Shown: positions 47,014-59,072, counted from the whole stretch's first letter. The stretch: DNA of 63,075 nucleotides, filler included, from Olpidium bornovanus S191 (GCA_017911155.1; 27 parts of 27 records of this genome joined end to end with filler, not necessarily neighbours in it); one strand, 5' to 3'. Made by a program: numbers and translations. The notes: a model not told the origin generated them from the sequence alone.

Positions 47014-48453
47014 ATGCCCTCGCCGCGTCGTCGGCGCCGCCAAGGCGCGACGCCGCTGCCGCTGTCGCCCCACGTCACGGCGACTCGCACCGCTCCCTCG
47101 CCGACGGCCATCGCACCGTCAAACTCGTCAAACTTCGCTGTTCGTTTGGCCGCGTCATCCCCCGCGCCCGTCGACCCTGCCGCCGTCCCCATCCCGCCGT
47201 CGCCGTCCCTCGACGCACGGATGGACCTACCGCCGCTTCGTGTTCCCCTGTTCATAACCCGAACAGGCCGCGCCCGACGCCACTCCCACCGCCACGCACA
47301 CCACGCCAGCCGCTTCGTCCGCCCGTGTCGAACTCGAGAGGAGCCGCCAATACCCGGCTTCTGCCCGAGCCGTCGATGCTCTCCTTTGCTCGCTGAGTGG
47401 CGCGCTTCGATTGTTGCCCGCGTTGGTGCTGTTACCGCGGCTGCGCTTTTAACCGACGTTGACGCCGCCCGTTCCGCCATCGTCGACGACCCGTCCATTT
47501 TGTTGCAGGAGTTGAGCGTTACCTGCGCCTCGCTCGACGAGCGCCTCTTCGAGATGGCTGCCTCGTACCGTGCGCCGAGCCGTTCCCTGTCGCTTCTCCA
47601 GGCGAGCCTCGACTGCACGGCTGCTCGACTCGCGGACCCATCGACGACCGTTCGCCCGTCGACCGCAACCGCGCGTATTCCGTCGCATTCGCCCCCCGCT
47701 TGGTCTCGTCGTCGTTCTTCGACGAACCGCCGCCGCCGACGATTGTCCTCCTCGACCGAAAGCTCGTCCGAATCGTCGTCTTCCGATTCGGAGGAGGATT
47801 GCTCACTGTCCCCGACCTCCCGCCGTCCCTCTGGTGGTGCTGCGTCGACCGGCGTTCCCCGTGTCGTCCCTCACGGCCGCCGAGTCCGCATGTCTCCCGT
47901 GTGGGACAATGCACTCCAGTGTGGAGGCGAATAGATCGCGTGGAAGCAGCGCTTCCTTTCTGAGCTCGAGCTCTCTGGGACTTTTACCGAGGCCCAGAAG
48001 CTTGCCGAACTGCACAACAACGTCGTCCCCGAGTTGTGCAGCTTCCTGAACTGGGACATGGAGCGTCATCGTCCCCTTTCGACGCTCCAGGAAGTCCTCG
48101 ATGTGCTCGCTAACCTCTACGCGTCGTCCTACGCGTTGAACCCGAAGCAGATTTTTGCATCAAAGGTCGCCCAGCTTCGTCAGGAGCCCGCCGAAAGCAT
48201 GGCCGCGTACCTCGTGAAAGCGAACGCGCTATGCATCGAATATGCTGCGGAGAGCAACGTCCGACCCGACCGTCACCGCCGCCATCAGAAGGCGATCGAC
48301 TTGTGGGCCCGCGATTACCTGATGCCTGCGTTTCTGCGCGGACTTCAGAAGCGTTTCGCCCATCTGTGTGACGACTGTTTGAAACAGTGGGGTAAGTTCT
48401 GCAAGCGAATTCTTCGGCGATCTGTCGTCGTTCAACGTCTTAGAAAAAATTGA
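47014..48453 (+). mobile_element. Retrotransposon gag-like ORF with one in-frame stop (47932-47934)
   Basis: Track ORFs 46975..47934 and 48034..48453 are in the same frame. The joined product has WKQRF..QKLAEL..LSTLQEVLDVLANLY..KVAQLRQEPAESMAAY..AFLRGL, resembling the retrotransposon gag LRQ-x-x-x-ES-x-x-x-Y motif. Confidence 0.7.
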
Positions 48454-48719
48454 GGTATTGGGGTGATGGAATCAAAGATTCCGTATTGTCACCCCAGACA
48501 GCGGGTAGGTATATGCACAAGAAGACAGCCACACTTCTAGACACGCGGGGCTTCCAGTTAACGTGCGATCTAAGATCCAGTTCCCTTCCAATTGCACNNN
48601 NNNNNNNNNNNNNNNNNNNNNNNNNNNNNNNNNNNNNNNNNTTAATTAATTAANNNNNNNNNNNNNNNNNNNNNNNNNNNNNNNNNNNNNNNNNNNNCAT
48701 GAAATTTTGACTCGGACAC

Positions 48720-49916
48720 GCCGAAGACTTTGACGTTTTGCTTGCCGAAAGTAGCAACAAAAAATATTGAAACGGTCAGATCTTGGCACCCGGACGTTAC
48801 GATTATCTGATTTTCGTTGCGCGGCGGCGAGAATAGAAAAAAAATATGGGGTATCTCCTCGAAGGTTTTCGCCTCTTATACCCACGGTAGGCCTTGGTCC
48901 GGGCGCAATTAATGTTTGGCAACCGATTAAGGCGCTTTGCTCTCAACGCTGTTCGTTTTCAGTCCGGGGTTGTTTCTCTCGTAAAACGCACTGTGCGCTT
49001 TATTGGTCACACGATCAAACAGCACCTTTGTGCTGACTGACTGCTTCTCGAGCTGGAGATAACGTGCTTCGATATAACTTCGTTTTCCTTTACATACCGT
49101 CCCCTTTCTAAGCCTGCATCCTGCGGCCCTGCGTACTTCCCGTCGTCTCGTTCTCCTTCCTTTGCCTTCAAACTTCCACACCCACCTCCCACCCCCCGCC
49201 TCTTCTTCCCCAAACGGCCAGCCCGCCTCGTGTAAGATTTTGAAGCGGCGACGGAATAGGGCAGGCGTACGGAAGACACTGAGCACATAGACGCAGCGAG
49301 CCCGTGTGAAGACGGCAAAAAATGTGCAGAAGTGTTGACGCGGGCACGGCGAAGCACTTCGACGCTTTGTCTGCCGAAAGTAGCAACAAAGATTTCTCAA
49401 AGAGCCAGATTTTGGCATCCGAAACTGCTATAGACCGATTTTTATTGCGCGGTGGTGAGAATGGAAACAATAGGGGGATCTACTCGAAGGTCGTTTGCCT
49501 TTTATACCCGCGGTCAGCCTTGGTCAGGCGTACGTAGTGTCTGGCAACTGATTCATACGCTTTGCTCCCAACGACGTTTGCTTTCAGTCAGGGGTGGTTT
49601 TCTTATGAACTGCATGATGCGCTTTATTCGTCACGCGATAAACGGCACTTTTGTGCGGACGGACCGCCCCGCAAGACGGAGATAGCCTGAGAAGACATAG
49701 CCTTGCTATCATTTGAAAAAACCGTTCGTTTTTCAAGCCTGCGCCCTGCACCGCGCGTACTTCGAACATCACTCTGTCCTACCCCCTTTGGCTCCAAAAA
49801 CTTTACAACCCCCCTGGCCCCGCCCCTGCCCGCCCCGTGAAGTTTCGAAGCCGTGACTGGAGTAGGGGAGGCGTGCGGAGAACGGATGCAGCGAGCCCGG
49901 GTGAAGAAGGCAAAAA
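48720..49916. repeat. Diverged ~629-bp tandem duplication
   Basis: GCCGAAAGTAGCAACAAA occurs at 48744 and 49373. Further colinear blocks (TTATACCC.CGGT..GCCTTGGTC, TGCGCTTTATT.GTCAC.CGAT, GCAGCGAGCCCG.GTGAAGA.GGCAAAAA) recur in both copies. Confidence 0.85.
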
Positions 49917-50256
49917 GGAGCTGTATTCCCGGTGTTACGTCGCTGACCGTTTCAAGAACTTTTAAAGTATGGATTCAAGAGGGACTCCTCAAAATGACAA
50001 TAGGGGCTGGTGTGCACTGGGCACACCGTACTGCCCATGGTCGCCTTAATTATATGTTATACCTTTATTTGACTTTCGCATTTGCGATCGCGGGCGGTTT
50101 GGCGTTTGACCAATCCTGCCCACCTTGCATTGTGCCCCGTGGCGATCTCTCTCTANNNNNNNNNNNNNNNNNNNNNNNNNNNNNNNNNNNNNNNNNNNNT
50201 TAATTAATTAANNNNNNNNNNNNNNNNNNNNNNNNNNNNNNNNNNNNNNNNNNNNA

Positions 50257-50802
50257 CGCCCGGCCAAGCGCTACTGCGCCAGCAGTCCCGACCTCGACGT
50301 CGGCCCGAAGGCCGCCGACAGCTCCGCCCCGTCCTCCGAGCGCGCGCAGCAGCAGCAGCAGGCGCCGGCGGCCATGGGACCGCCGCCCGTGCCGATCCGC
50401 AGAGACGCCGCGGCCGCAGCCCCCGCCGCCGCCTCCGCCTCGGCCGCCTGCCGCTCCCGCCCGATCCCCATTCGCCACAAGGGGCCTCGCGAAAGCGACT
50501 TCCTTAGGTTCCGCGAGCCGCCGCCGGCCTCGTCCGAGGCCCGCAGCTTCGTTTCGGAGAGCGAGGGGGACGACGACCCCTGCCGGTCTTTCGAGTCGGT
50601 CTCGACGCAGCACGGGACGTACGGGACGTCCGGGCACGAGCAGCAGCTGGTCGCGCTCGACGGCCTCCACATCGGGCGCCTTTCCTACTCCCCGTCCCCG
50701 TCCCCGTCCTCCTCCTCTGCCTGCTTCCCCGCCGGCAAACGCGACCCCACCGCCGCCGCCGGCGCGGGCCTCCTCCGCGGCGACAGCGACAAAGAGAATT
50801 GA
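50257..50802 (+). CDS. C-terminal fragment of a disordered S/P/A-rich protein ending in DKEN
   Basis: Open GC3-biased frame from the contig edge to TGA at 50800-50802. Confidence 0.55.
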   Translation, partial: RPAKRYCASSPDLDVGPKAADSSAPSSERAQQQQQAPAAMGPPPVPIRRDAAAAAPAAASASAACRSRPIPIRHKGPRESDFLRFREPPPASSEARSFVSESEGDDDPCRSFESVSTQHGTYGTSGHEQQLVALDGLHIGRLSYSPSPSPSSSSACFPAGKRDPTAAAGAGLLRGDSDKEN

Positions 50803-52431
50803 CAAAAAAAGATGAATAAAGAAAAAGACGAACAAAGAGAAAGACGGGCAAAAGGACTTTTTTTATCTCCTCATGCCGCCGCAAAGTTTATTTGACCAGT
50901 CCGTCACGCCCAACAGAAACAAAAAGGAAACCAACAAGTTTTTCGAAGGGAGCCGCCTGACATTGAAGACTCTCGACAGACACGCCTCTGAATGCCCCCC
51001 CCCCCCCCCGTTCGAGTGTGGAGGGGAGGGGAGTTTTCGGCCTTTTTATTTTATTATTTTTTGTTGTTTCCATTGCTTCACAGTTAAGTCTTAAAATCCG
51101 CCGCGCTTCAAAGTTCTTCCCTCGCAGACAGAACAAAAACAAAAACAAAACGTCTGTGAAGCGTCTTGCGCACATATTGCGTAGACCCGGTTCTCACCCC
51201 TCACTTTCTCTTCCCCCCACCATCCCTCCCTGCCCTCCAGCGCCCAACCTTTTTTTACTTTTTTTTTTTTTTTCTTTTTTGCGGGTTTCCGCTTTTGCCC
51301 CAAAACAAACAACGGAATTTTTTTTTTGTCATCTGCCCCCATTTCCCCTCCCTCGAACGGCTTTCCAGACGCCGATCGATCTCAAATTGACGCATCCTCC
51401 CAACGACCCCCACCCCACCTCTCCTTCTTCCACACATTTTTTTTTTTTTAAAAAAAAAAATGCCGCATGACAAAAACGTGCGCGCGGTGCGGTTCCCGCG
51501 TCCGCGATTATTTTTTTTTACATTTTTTTTTTCGCTCTTTTGAGGCTGGGAGCCAATGCAGTAAACACAGGCCACGTGACATGAAAGCGTCACGGTATGT
51601 AGGCAAAGCCTCCTCTCGGAGACTCCCAATCCCATTGCCGACGGAAGAAGAAGGTTCATTAGCAAGTTATCAGCACCAGCTGACGTACCCTCGCACCGCG
51701 NNNNNNNNNNNNNNNNNNNNNNNNNNNNNNNNNNNNNNNNNNNNTTAATTAATTAANNNNNNNNNNNNNNNNNNNNNNNNNNNNNNNNNNNNNNNNNNNN
51801 CATGTGTGTGTGGGTGTGGGGAGAGCGGGACGACGGTCAGACCGCCCACCCCAAAACCCTCCCTGCGCGCAGAGCAAAGGGCCGCGAAGCTGCCGCCCGC
51901 CCTCCCGGCATTGTCAGTAGCGGCCGGGGCGTGCGCGGACAGGTGAGGCGGAGGTAATCACGCGAAACCCCTCCAGCGACTTCCATAAATTCTCCGCACC
52001 AATCCAAAAAAAAAATGTCTTCGTCCGCCCAAACACAGTTCCGAAACTGGAGACCATCCGGACGTGTCTGACTGGAGAATTTTCTTTTTTGTGCTCTTCG
52101 CAAGTTGAGTGCTAGAGGGAAGACGTGGGGGGGCGCAGGGCCGGTCATATCCTCTGAAGACATTGCGTTTTCCCCCGCGTCCGCCGTTCCCTTCGGTTCA
52201 CTCCCGCCAGAAACTTTATCCCTCGTTGGAGGGCCCGCCGCCAAAATTCCGGCCGTTCCCTAGGGGGCTCGGCTCGGAGCGTCTTCTTCTTTCCCCGGAG
52301 TCCCTCCCCCCCCCCCGGACGTGCTCTGCCCGTTCGGCGCGAAGCGGATCCTCCGACCGCAACGGGGAAAAGAGACTACTGCGGCGCGGCGTCCCGTGAA
52401 TTTTTTGCCGCCCCGAGACGTTTTGGGTAGC

Positions 52432-52467
<36 letters not shown>

Positions 52468-52505
52468 CAAACCCCCCCCCAAACCTTTTTAAATTAAAAA
52501 AACCG

Positions 52506-52538
<33 letters not shown>

Positions 52539-53239
52539 GAAACGACGCGTGGTAAAGGCGTGCGGGCGTGCAGAAACAAAGGACGGAATTCGGCGGCGGG
52601 TTGAAGGGGAGGAGGGGAGGGGGGAGGGAAGGCAGAAGGCCTAACGCACGCTCCCTTTTTTTTTCACCCCTATCCCGGCCGCTCCGAATCTTCGACCCCC
52701 CCCCCGACCTGCACGTTCGCCTGCGGGTACCCGCCCCGTTTTCTCCTCGAACCGAACGGCGACGCGAGCGAGCCGCGACCGTCGGGTTGCGCTGACGGAG
52801 GGCGGGAGGACCGCAAGGTGGGGTGTGTGACTTTTTTTTTTCTTTTTGGTTTGCGTTGAGGAGAGTGGGGGAGGAAGGGGGGGAATATGAGTAGAAATTC
52901 CATTTATTAAGGCACTGTACGTCGTCTACTGGCGTACCGTATAGTAAATATAACGCAGTTACAAACACAAAAAAAAAAGGAAGCAGAGAGAAAGGAAGGA
53001 GACAGCGGCGACCGTTGCGCCAAAAGGGGGGGAAAGAAGGGCCCGGAGTTTTGTTTGTTTATTTGTTTGTTTCTTTAGTTGTTTATTTGTTTCGGAGAGT
53101 TCAGGACGACGGAGGCGCCTTCTGCAGGAAAAGAAAAGAGAGCGAGTGAACGTCACCAGTAAAAGTCGAGAGTTGCTATCTATAAAAGTAAAAGAACCGA
53201 TGACTTGATTGATGCCTCCTCGGACGGCTGCGTAGGATG

Positions 53240-53981
53240 AATCGAGAATGCGCATATCTATTATCCGTAAGTGAAAAATGGAGCAAAGATTAAGGGGTTT
53301 CAACAAAATTCCCTTCCCCGGAATTCCAACAGTTTATGTCAACATCTATATAAGTGTTTAATACCTGTAATTTTAAAATCACAATTAATAAAGAAGGAAA
53401 AATGTTTAGTACCATCTTACTTTCTACAGTCGGCATCAAAGTCTCTTATGAAAATGGTACAGAAATAATTCACATTTCAAATTCAAAGGCAATTCAGCCT
53501 CTTGAGCCTAACCCTGAACCTGACGTTATCTATACTGAAATTAGCTCCATGGAACCGGAACCCGAAATAACTAGCAAATTCCTCTATAAATTCTTCGACC
53601 GGGAGGACCAGATAAATATTGAGCTACTTTAACCGGAAACCAGATCCAATTACAGGGGATATATCAAAAAACACCTAGTGGCTTTAACCTCGCTTCCATT
53701 TAGAGACCTCAACAATCTAAAGCAAGTGATAAGCAACCAACCCACCAGCAGCGCGTCTTATTGTGGTGGATCACCCTTTATCGATATCTATACGTCCCCA
53801 TATCGACACCGCACATACTCCCTTCGATGCAGACCTCTATTGCATCGATCCCGATGTCACGTGGGCACGTGATCCTCCTTCGAGGTACGTAAAAGCCTCA
53901 CCGGTCTTTTTAATAGACCTTAACGATTTTCGCCCGAACCACAACACGCGGCCTTACGAGGCGCTAAACCCAGTTCATGCA
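53240..53981 (+). other. AT-rich island with interrupted intronless ORF(s)
   Basis: Abrupt compositional shift. Track ORFs 53354..53632 and 53678..53872 share a frame separated by a single TAA, and an overlapping frame (53763 onward) runs to the contig end. Confidence 0.5.
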
Positions 53982-54923
53982 NNNNNNNNNNNNNNNNNNN
54001 NNNNNNNNNNNNNNNNNNNNNNNNNTTAATTAATTAANNNNNNNNNNNNNNNNNNNNNNNNNNNNNNNNNNNNNNNNNNNNCATGCCGCCGCTTGCCTTT
54101 TATCTCCCGCCCTGCAGCCGTTGTTGCCAGCGCAATATTTGAGGGGATTTTGAACAACCGATCCTGTTTCCCAGACGCCGTACGACATCATATAATCGCG
54201 GTAGACGCTTGGGTAGCCCACCGTTCGTGTCCCAGTGTGGGTATGCTGTAATCTCTCTGGTTCGGTTACCCCTGGTGAGTAATAAAAACTACCCATAGAG
54301 TTCACAAACTTTGCTTCCCTTGTGGTCGTTCTACGGTGACGAAGTTTGCAGTTTGAGTTTGAAGAGGCTTTTGACTTGCATGGTTTCCAGCACTGCGGAT
54401 CTTTGCGAACAACCTCCGCGGACCAGCATATGAACCCAGGTTGCACGTTTGCTGATGTTGGGTTGCTGCACAATTCTTTGGTCCGTCCTTTCACAATTTG
54501 ACCACTCACTTGCCTTCTCTCTCTCCCTCTCTCCCTCTCTCTCTCCCTCTCTCTCTCTCTCTTTCTCTCGTTCTTTCTCTCCGGCCCGGAGGGCGGGAAA
54601 GCAGACGACGAGGAGGAGGAGGAGGAGCAGGCGGGGGGAGGAGGGTGTTTCAAAAAGGGCGGCGCGCAAAACCAAGGCGAAAACCTCTCCCCCGCCGGGC
54701 ACCCCGCCCGCGCGCGCAGAAAACAACACAACGGGCCCGCTTCTTCTTCTTCAACTTCTTCTTCCTCGCGCCCCCTCCTGCCCCTCCTTCCCTCCCCCTC
54801 TTCGCCTTCCCCAGCGCACGCGGCCCCCGCTGTCGGCCGAGCTGCTTCGCCCGCCGTTGCTGCCCGCCCGGGGAGAACACCCCGCTCCCCGCCCGGCGCG
54901 CCTCCGCCCCTCGCGGCCCCCCG

Positions 54924-55922
54924 ATGGAACCCCGCCCGCCCGGAGCAGCAGAGCCCGCGGGAGACGGAGGCCGCCGATTGCTCGAGGCCGTCTGGGCGTC
55001 GCTGCCAGATCGCGGAGGCGGCCCAGCGAGCCAGGCCCCCGCCGTCGCCGCCGCGGCGCCCGACCCGGCCGCGATCCTCCGGCACGACACGCCCGGCGCG
55101 GTGGTGGGCTACACAGTCGCCGTGGGCCACTTCGCCGACCGGACGGCGCTGGAGCAGGATAACCTCGACGACGTGGCCCCTGTTGCGTGGGCTCTCGTCG
55201 CCGCCGTCAATGCGCTCAAATCGGAAGGCTTGATGGGCTCCGCCCTCCGGCGAGGCGAGAAGCTCACCGCCGCGGAAATCTACGGCCTGTGGAACGCCTT
55301 GTGGAGGCTGGCATGGAACGTAGCCCGCACCGCGTTCCTTTGGGCGAGGACCCGCGAGGACGAAGCGCATAAAGTCGTCGAGGCCGTGATGGCGACGTTC
55401 GACGTCGTCTCCGCAATCGTGCTGGCGAGGGATAGCTTCCGCCTCGCCGCCGCTCTGGCCTCACCTGCGGAACCGGAGGGCAGCTCTCTTCCTACCGCCG
55501 AGGTCGAAGAGTTTCTGAAGCATCTGATCCGGTGGTTGGTCACCGTCGATCCCGAGCTTCGCGGCCGGGCTGTCCGGACGGCTTGCAACTGCATACGCCT
55601 CATGGCCGACTGCGGTGTGCCCCTGAGCGCTGGCGTGGAGACGCCGCTGAGATCGGCTTCCGCGGGCGGCAAGGAAGGCCGGAAGCTTGAGGCCGAGCAA
55701 AAGGCCGACCTCAGTCTGGCGTTCAGCGCGTACGATAACCCCGCGGCTGGCGTCTGGCCGAAGACTAACGATCCGACGTCGCACAGCTCCAACGGTGACC
55801 AAATACGACAGTCTCGAGATAATTCGACCCCCGTCTCCGCACCGCCCGCGGTCGGATCGAAAAGGTGCGCTGGTCTGCCAGACTCGAGCAAACACGCGTG
55901 CAATTGCTCCGGAAATTGCTGA
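54924..55922 (+). CDS. Hypothetical alpha-helical protein
   Basis: ATG at 54924 within the long ORF 54498..55922. Amphipathic helical segments (EIYGLWNALWRLAWNVARTAFLW; EEFLKHLIRWLVTVDPELRGRAVRTACNCIRLMAD). The 3' end may be spliced. Confidence 0.6.
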   Translation: MEPRPPGAAEPAGDGGRRLLEAVWASLPDRGGGPASQAPAVAAAAPDPAAILRHDTPGAVVGYTVAVGHFADRTALEQDNLDDVAPVAWALVAAVNALKSEGLMGSALRRGEKLTAAEIYGLWNALWRLAWNVARTAFLWARTREDEAHKVVEAVMATFDVVSAIVLARDSFRLAAALASPAEPEGSSLPTAEVEEFLKHLIRWLVTVDPELRGRAVRTACNCIRLMADCGVPLSAGVETPLRSASAGGKEGRKLEAEQKADLSLAFSAYDNPAAGVWPKTNDPTSHSSNGDQIRQSRDNSTPVSAPPAVGSKRCAGLPDSSKHACNCSGNC

Positions 55923-58900
55923 ATGTGCCGCATCGTGCTGCTTCCCGACTTTCAGCCGCGACGCTCTTCCAGATATCACCGCGGCGCATGNNNNNNNNNN
56001 NNNNNNNNNNNNNNNNNNNNNNNNNNNNNNNNNNTTAATTAATTAANNNNNNNNNNNNNNNNNNNNNNNNNNNNNNNNNNNNNNNNNNNNCTAGGGAACA
56101 GTCGGCTTGTACGCCTGGTTCGTCCGCGAATCTGAATCGCGAATCATCTGCGAATCATGACGAGGGGTGCCGAACCACAATCTTCCATCATATGTAACTT
56201 TGAAATGCCTATATGATGTCTTAAATGATGCGTGCTTTGACTTGTTTTTTTTGTTTCGTGGTTTGACGAATGCCGTGCGCCGGCCCCTCGACATGTATCG
56301 TGTGCCGGCTCCCATTTCTCCCAGCTGGTAGTTCCCCTTATTTATTAACTCTGTAGCGAGGGATCCCGGCTTTTGGGGGTGAACCCAAAATCCCGTGATA
56401 TGGAGGCGGGACGCGTAACATTACTGGAAGCGCCCCGAGGACGCGAAGACCTCGGCCTCCTGGGACGCACTCTGCTGCTTCAAGGGCCCCAGACGCACGG
56501 CGGCGCCGGCTTGCAATATAACCTGCCGAATTTGTAACGTTCGGTCTTCGTAATATCCCGTCAGTCCGAGTGGCGCGGGTCAAATGTATGACGTTTTGCG
56601 TAAACACTCCGGTCGGGATAGGGCATCGGAAGTCCGTGTTTGACGGTCCTTCTGAAATATCGAGATATGCTTTTCACTGCGATTGCGGAAATTTGAAGGG
56701 CCGACGCCGTATTGCGCACGCCGGCTGACGCGCGGCCGATGTCCCGTCAAGCGCAATTATCCTTATAAAATAGGTGTGCCGATCAATTCCTAGGAGTCGT
56801 TGCAGTCAATGGCACGTTCCCTGTACACGCAAAGCTTATCGAGCGGAGTTTTGTAACCCCTCCAAGAGCATCCTGTCTCAGCCGGCCGCGTCCTTTCTCG
56901 CGCCAGACTCTTTCCCGCCTCACCCCACCTTGGTCAACGAGGCGTCGGCTGCTGCGGACACCTCCACCTCCTTCTCAACCGCGGTTGGCAGCAGTTTCCC
57001 GACGACGGCAGAGCGCTTCCTGTGGTAGTTCGCAGTGCTATGCATTTGGACGACGACGTCGCGGGGCACGACGGCAGCTTTGATTTGCCGGTCGCCGCGA
57101 ACGCGTCCTCGCGGCTGTCCAGAACGCTGACAATCCGATAGGAGTGGCGTTCGCCACCGGCGCCTCGCCCGGTGCGAGTCCGAGGTCGTCGGATCGGGGC
57201 AGCGCTGAGCGAAAAAAAATGACTTCTTCAAAGGCTTCAAGGTGAGGTCCAGCTCGTGGCCTCGATTGCAGCAATATGTCATGTGGCGCTCGGCTGCGAC
57301 CGACGCGCGGTTCTGCCAGTGGAATCACCTGGTGGATAAGAAACGTACATAGTGGATAAGAGCCGTACATAGCCGCGTTGGCGCCGGACTGGCGCCCGGG
57401 TTTTGGTCCCNNNNNNNNNNNNNNNNNNNNNNNNNNNNNNNNNNNNNNNNNNNNTTAATTAATTAANNNNNNNNNNNNNNNNNNNNNNNNNNNNNNNNNN
57501 NNNNNNNNNNCAACCACAGCAGAAACCGGCGCCTGCATTGCATAATCTGCGCAACGTTGCGTCGTTGGAAGGTGCGGCGGTTTCTCAAAACCCCTGGATT
57601 TTTGCCGCCTCGAGAGGGAGTGTGGGGGGGGAGGCGGGAGGTGTGGTTGGGGGTTGACGGCCGCTGCATATTTCCTTGACTTTTTGGCTAGCGCCGGCGC
57701 GTTTTTTTTCTTTTTGCGGCCGGCGGCGCAGCTTTTTTTCGAGGCTACCGTTGGTTTTTCCTGCGTTTGTCGCCCTGTTTTGTTCCTTTGGCGCACCTTT
57801 TTTTTAGCTTTAACGTTTTTTTCTCCGGCCCACATTTTTTTGTCTTCGTTGTACCTCATTTTTTTTTCGTTATTTTTTGGCGTTCGTGCGGAGAGGCTGC
57901 GGCCGCGCGCGCGGACGACGAGGCAGAGGCGGCGCTTGTCGGCAGGCGTCGTCGTCGTTCCAGCTCGGCTGCAAGCTGACAGAACGGTCTCCGTGCAGAC
58001 TCGCAGAAGGAATTGCCAAACTAAGCCCTTCCGACCGACGGGAAGGCGAGTGCGCTCCTGCCGCGGAAACGCTTTGCACGGGAAAACTGTCTGCGATTTC
58101 CCCGCCGGCGCGGCTGGAGCCGAGCTCGGCGTCACGCGCCTGTGCTGCGTGCCGGGACACAGGCAGTTTGCTGGGCGGCCAGACCTGCCCCTGTGGCACG
58201 TGCCAGAGCGACCTGGCTGACGCCCGCCGTTTCGGCCGCCGCAGGAGCGAACGGCCGTCTGCGCCCCGGGCCCGGATGCCCCCCTCCCCCCTCCCCCCCG
58301 ACGACGTATTAAAGTTGTAGAGCGCCGCCGTTAAACCGCAAAGCCAAACGCGGAAACGGAGGGCTTAAAATCCTGCCGAGTTTTTTGTGGATGCGGCCGG
58401 CGGAGTTGATCAAACAAAAATTAAAAAGATGCGCATTGTCTTCGACCAAACTTGGGAAAAGAACAGAGATAACTCGAGATAGCCTTCTGGCAGGCGGGAA
58501 AGCAAAAAAAAAAAAAATTCTGCGCTACAGTGAGCGAAATGGCGGGAGAAAGTTAGGCTGCCGCTAGAGGCGTATCCCGCGAAAAAGACCTTCCCGAATC
58601 GCCCCTCCCGCCCCGCCCAGGCCCAGGGCTGGGACTTTCAGGTGCGGAAAGATAAGAGGCGGAGACACTTTTCGCCAGCACGGTAGAACGTCGGTCTCGC
58701 GCGTTTCTCCGATACCGTCTCTCCGGCGGGTCCAATGGCGTCAATGGGGTCGTTTCCGGCGCGCCGGGGCCTCGAGCAAATTTTGCTCAATACGTCATAA
58801 AAAAACCGGAGTCCGGCTGACCGATAGCTTCTTTTTTTCCGACAGGCTACCAGTCGAGAGGTTTCGACGAGCCGCCGGGTCGAGAAGGTTCGCGAGCGGC

Positions 58901-59072
58901 GGACGCCGACCCGCAGTAGCGGAAACACTGCAGACGTCGTTCTTGGCCGAGTAGCAGAGATTACAACGCGCAAGGTTAGTGTAAACTGAGGACGCTCGCC
59001 GTCGGGTCTCGCGGGTATGCCGCCTAGGCGACCGCTATCCCCACCCCATCCGCCTCCCGCTGCGTTTTTGCC

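Noticed and set aside
47932-47934. TGG-to-TAG as evidence of RIP
   Set aside because: It is one inferred site only, the element remains GC-rich, and multiple copies would be needed to test this.
56091-56315. RHFKVTYDGRLWF as mitochondrial ribosomal protein bL35
   Set aside because: The resemblance is limited to a few residues, and the bL35 KTHxGAxKRF motif is absent.
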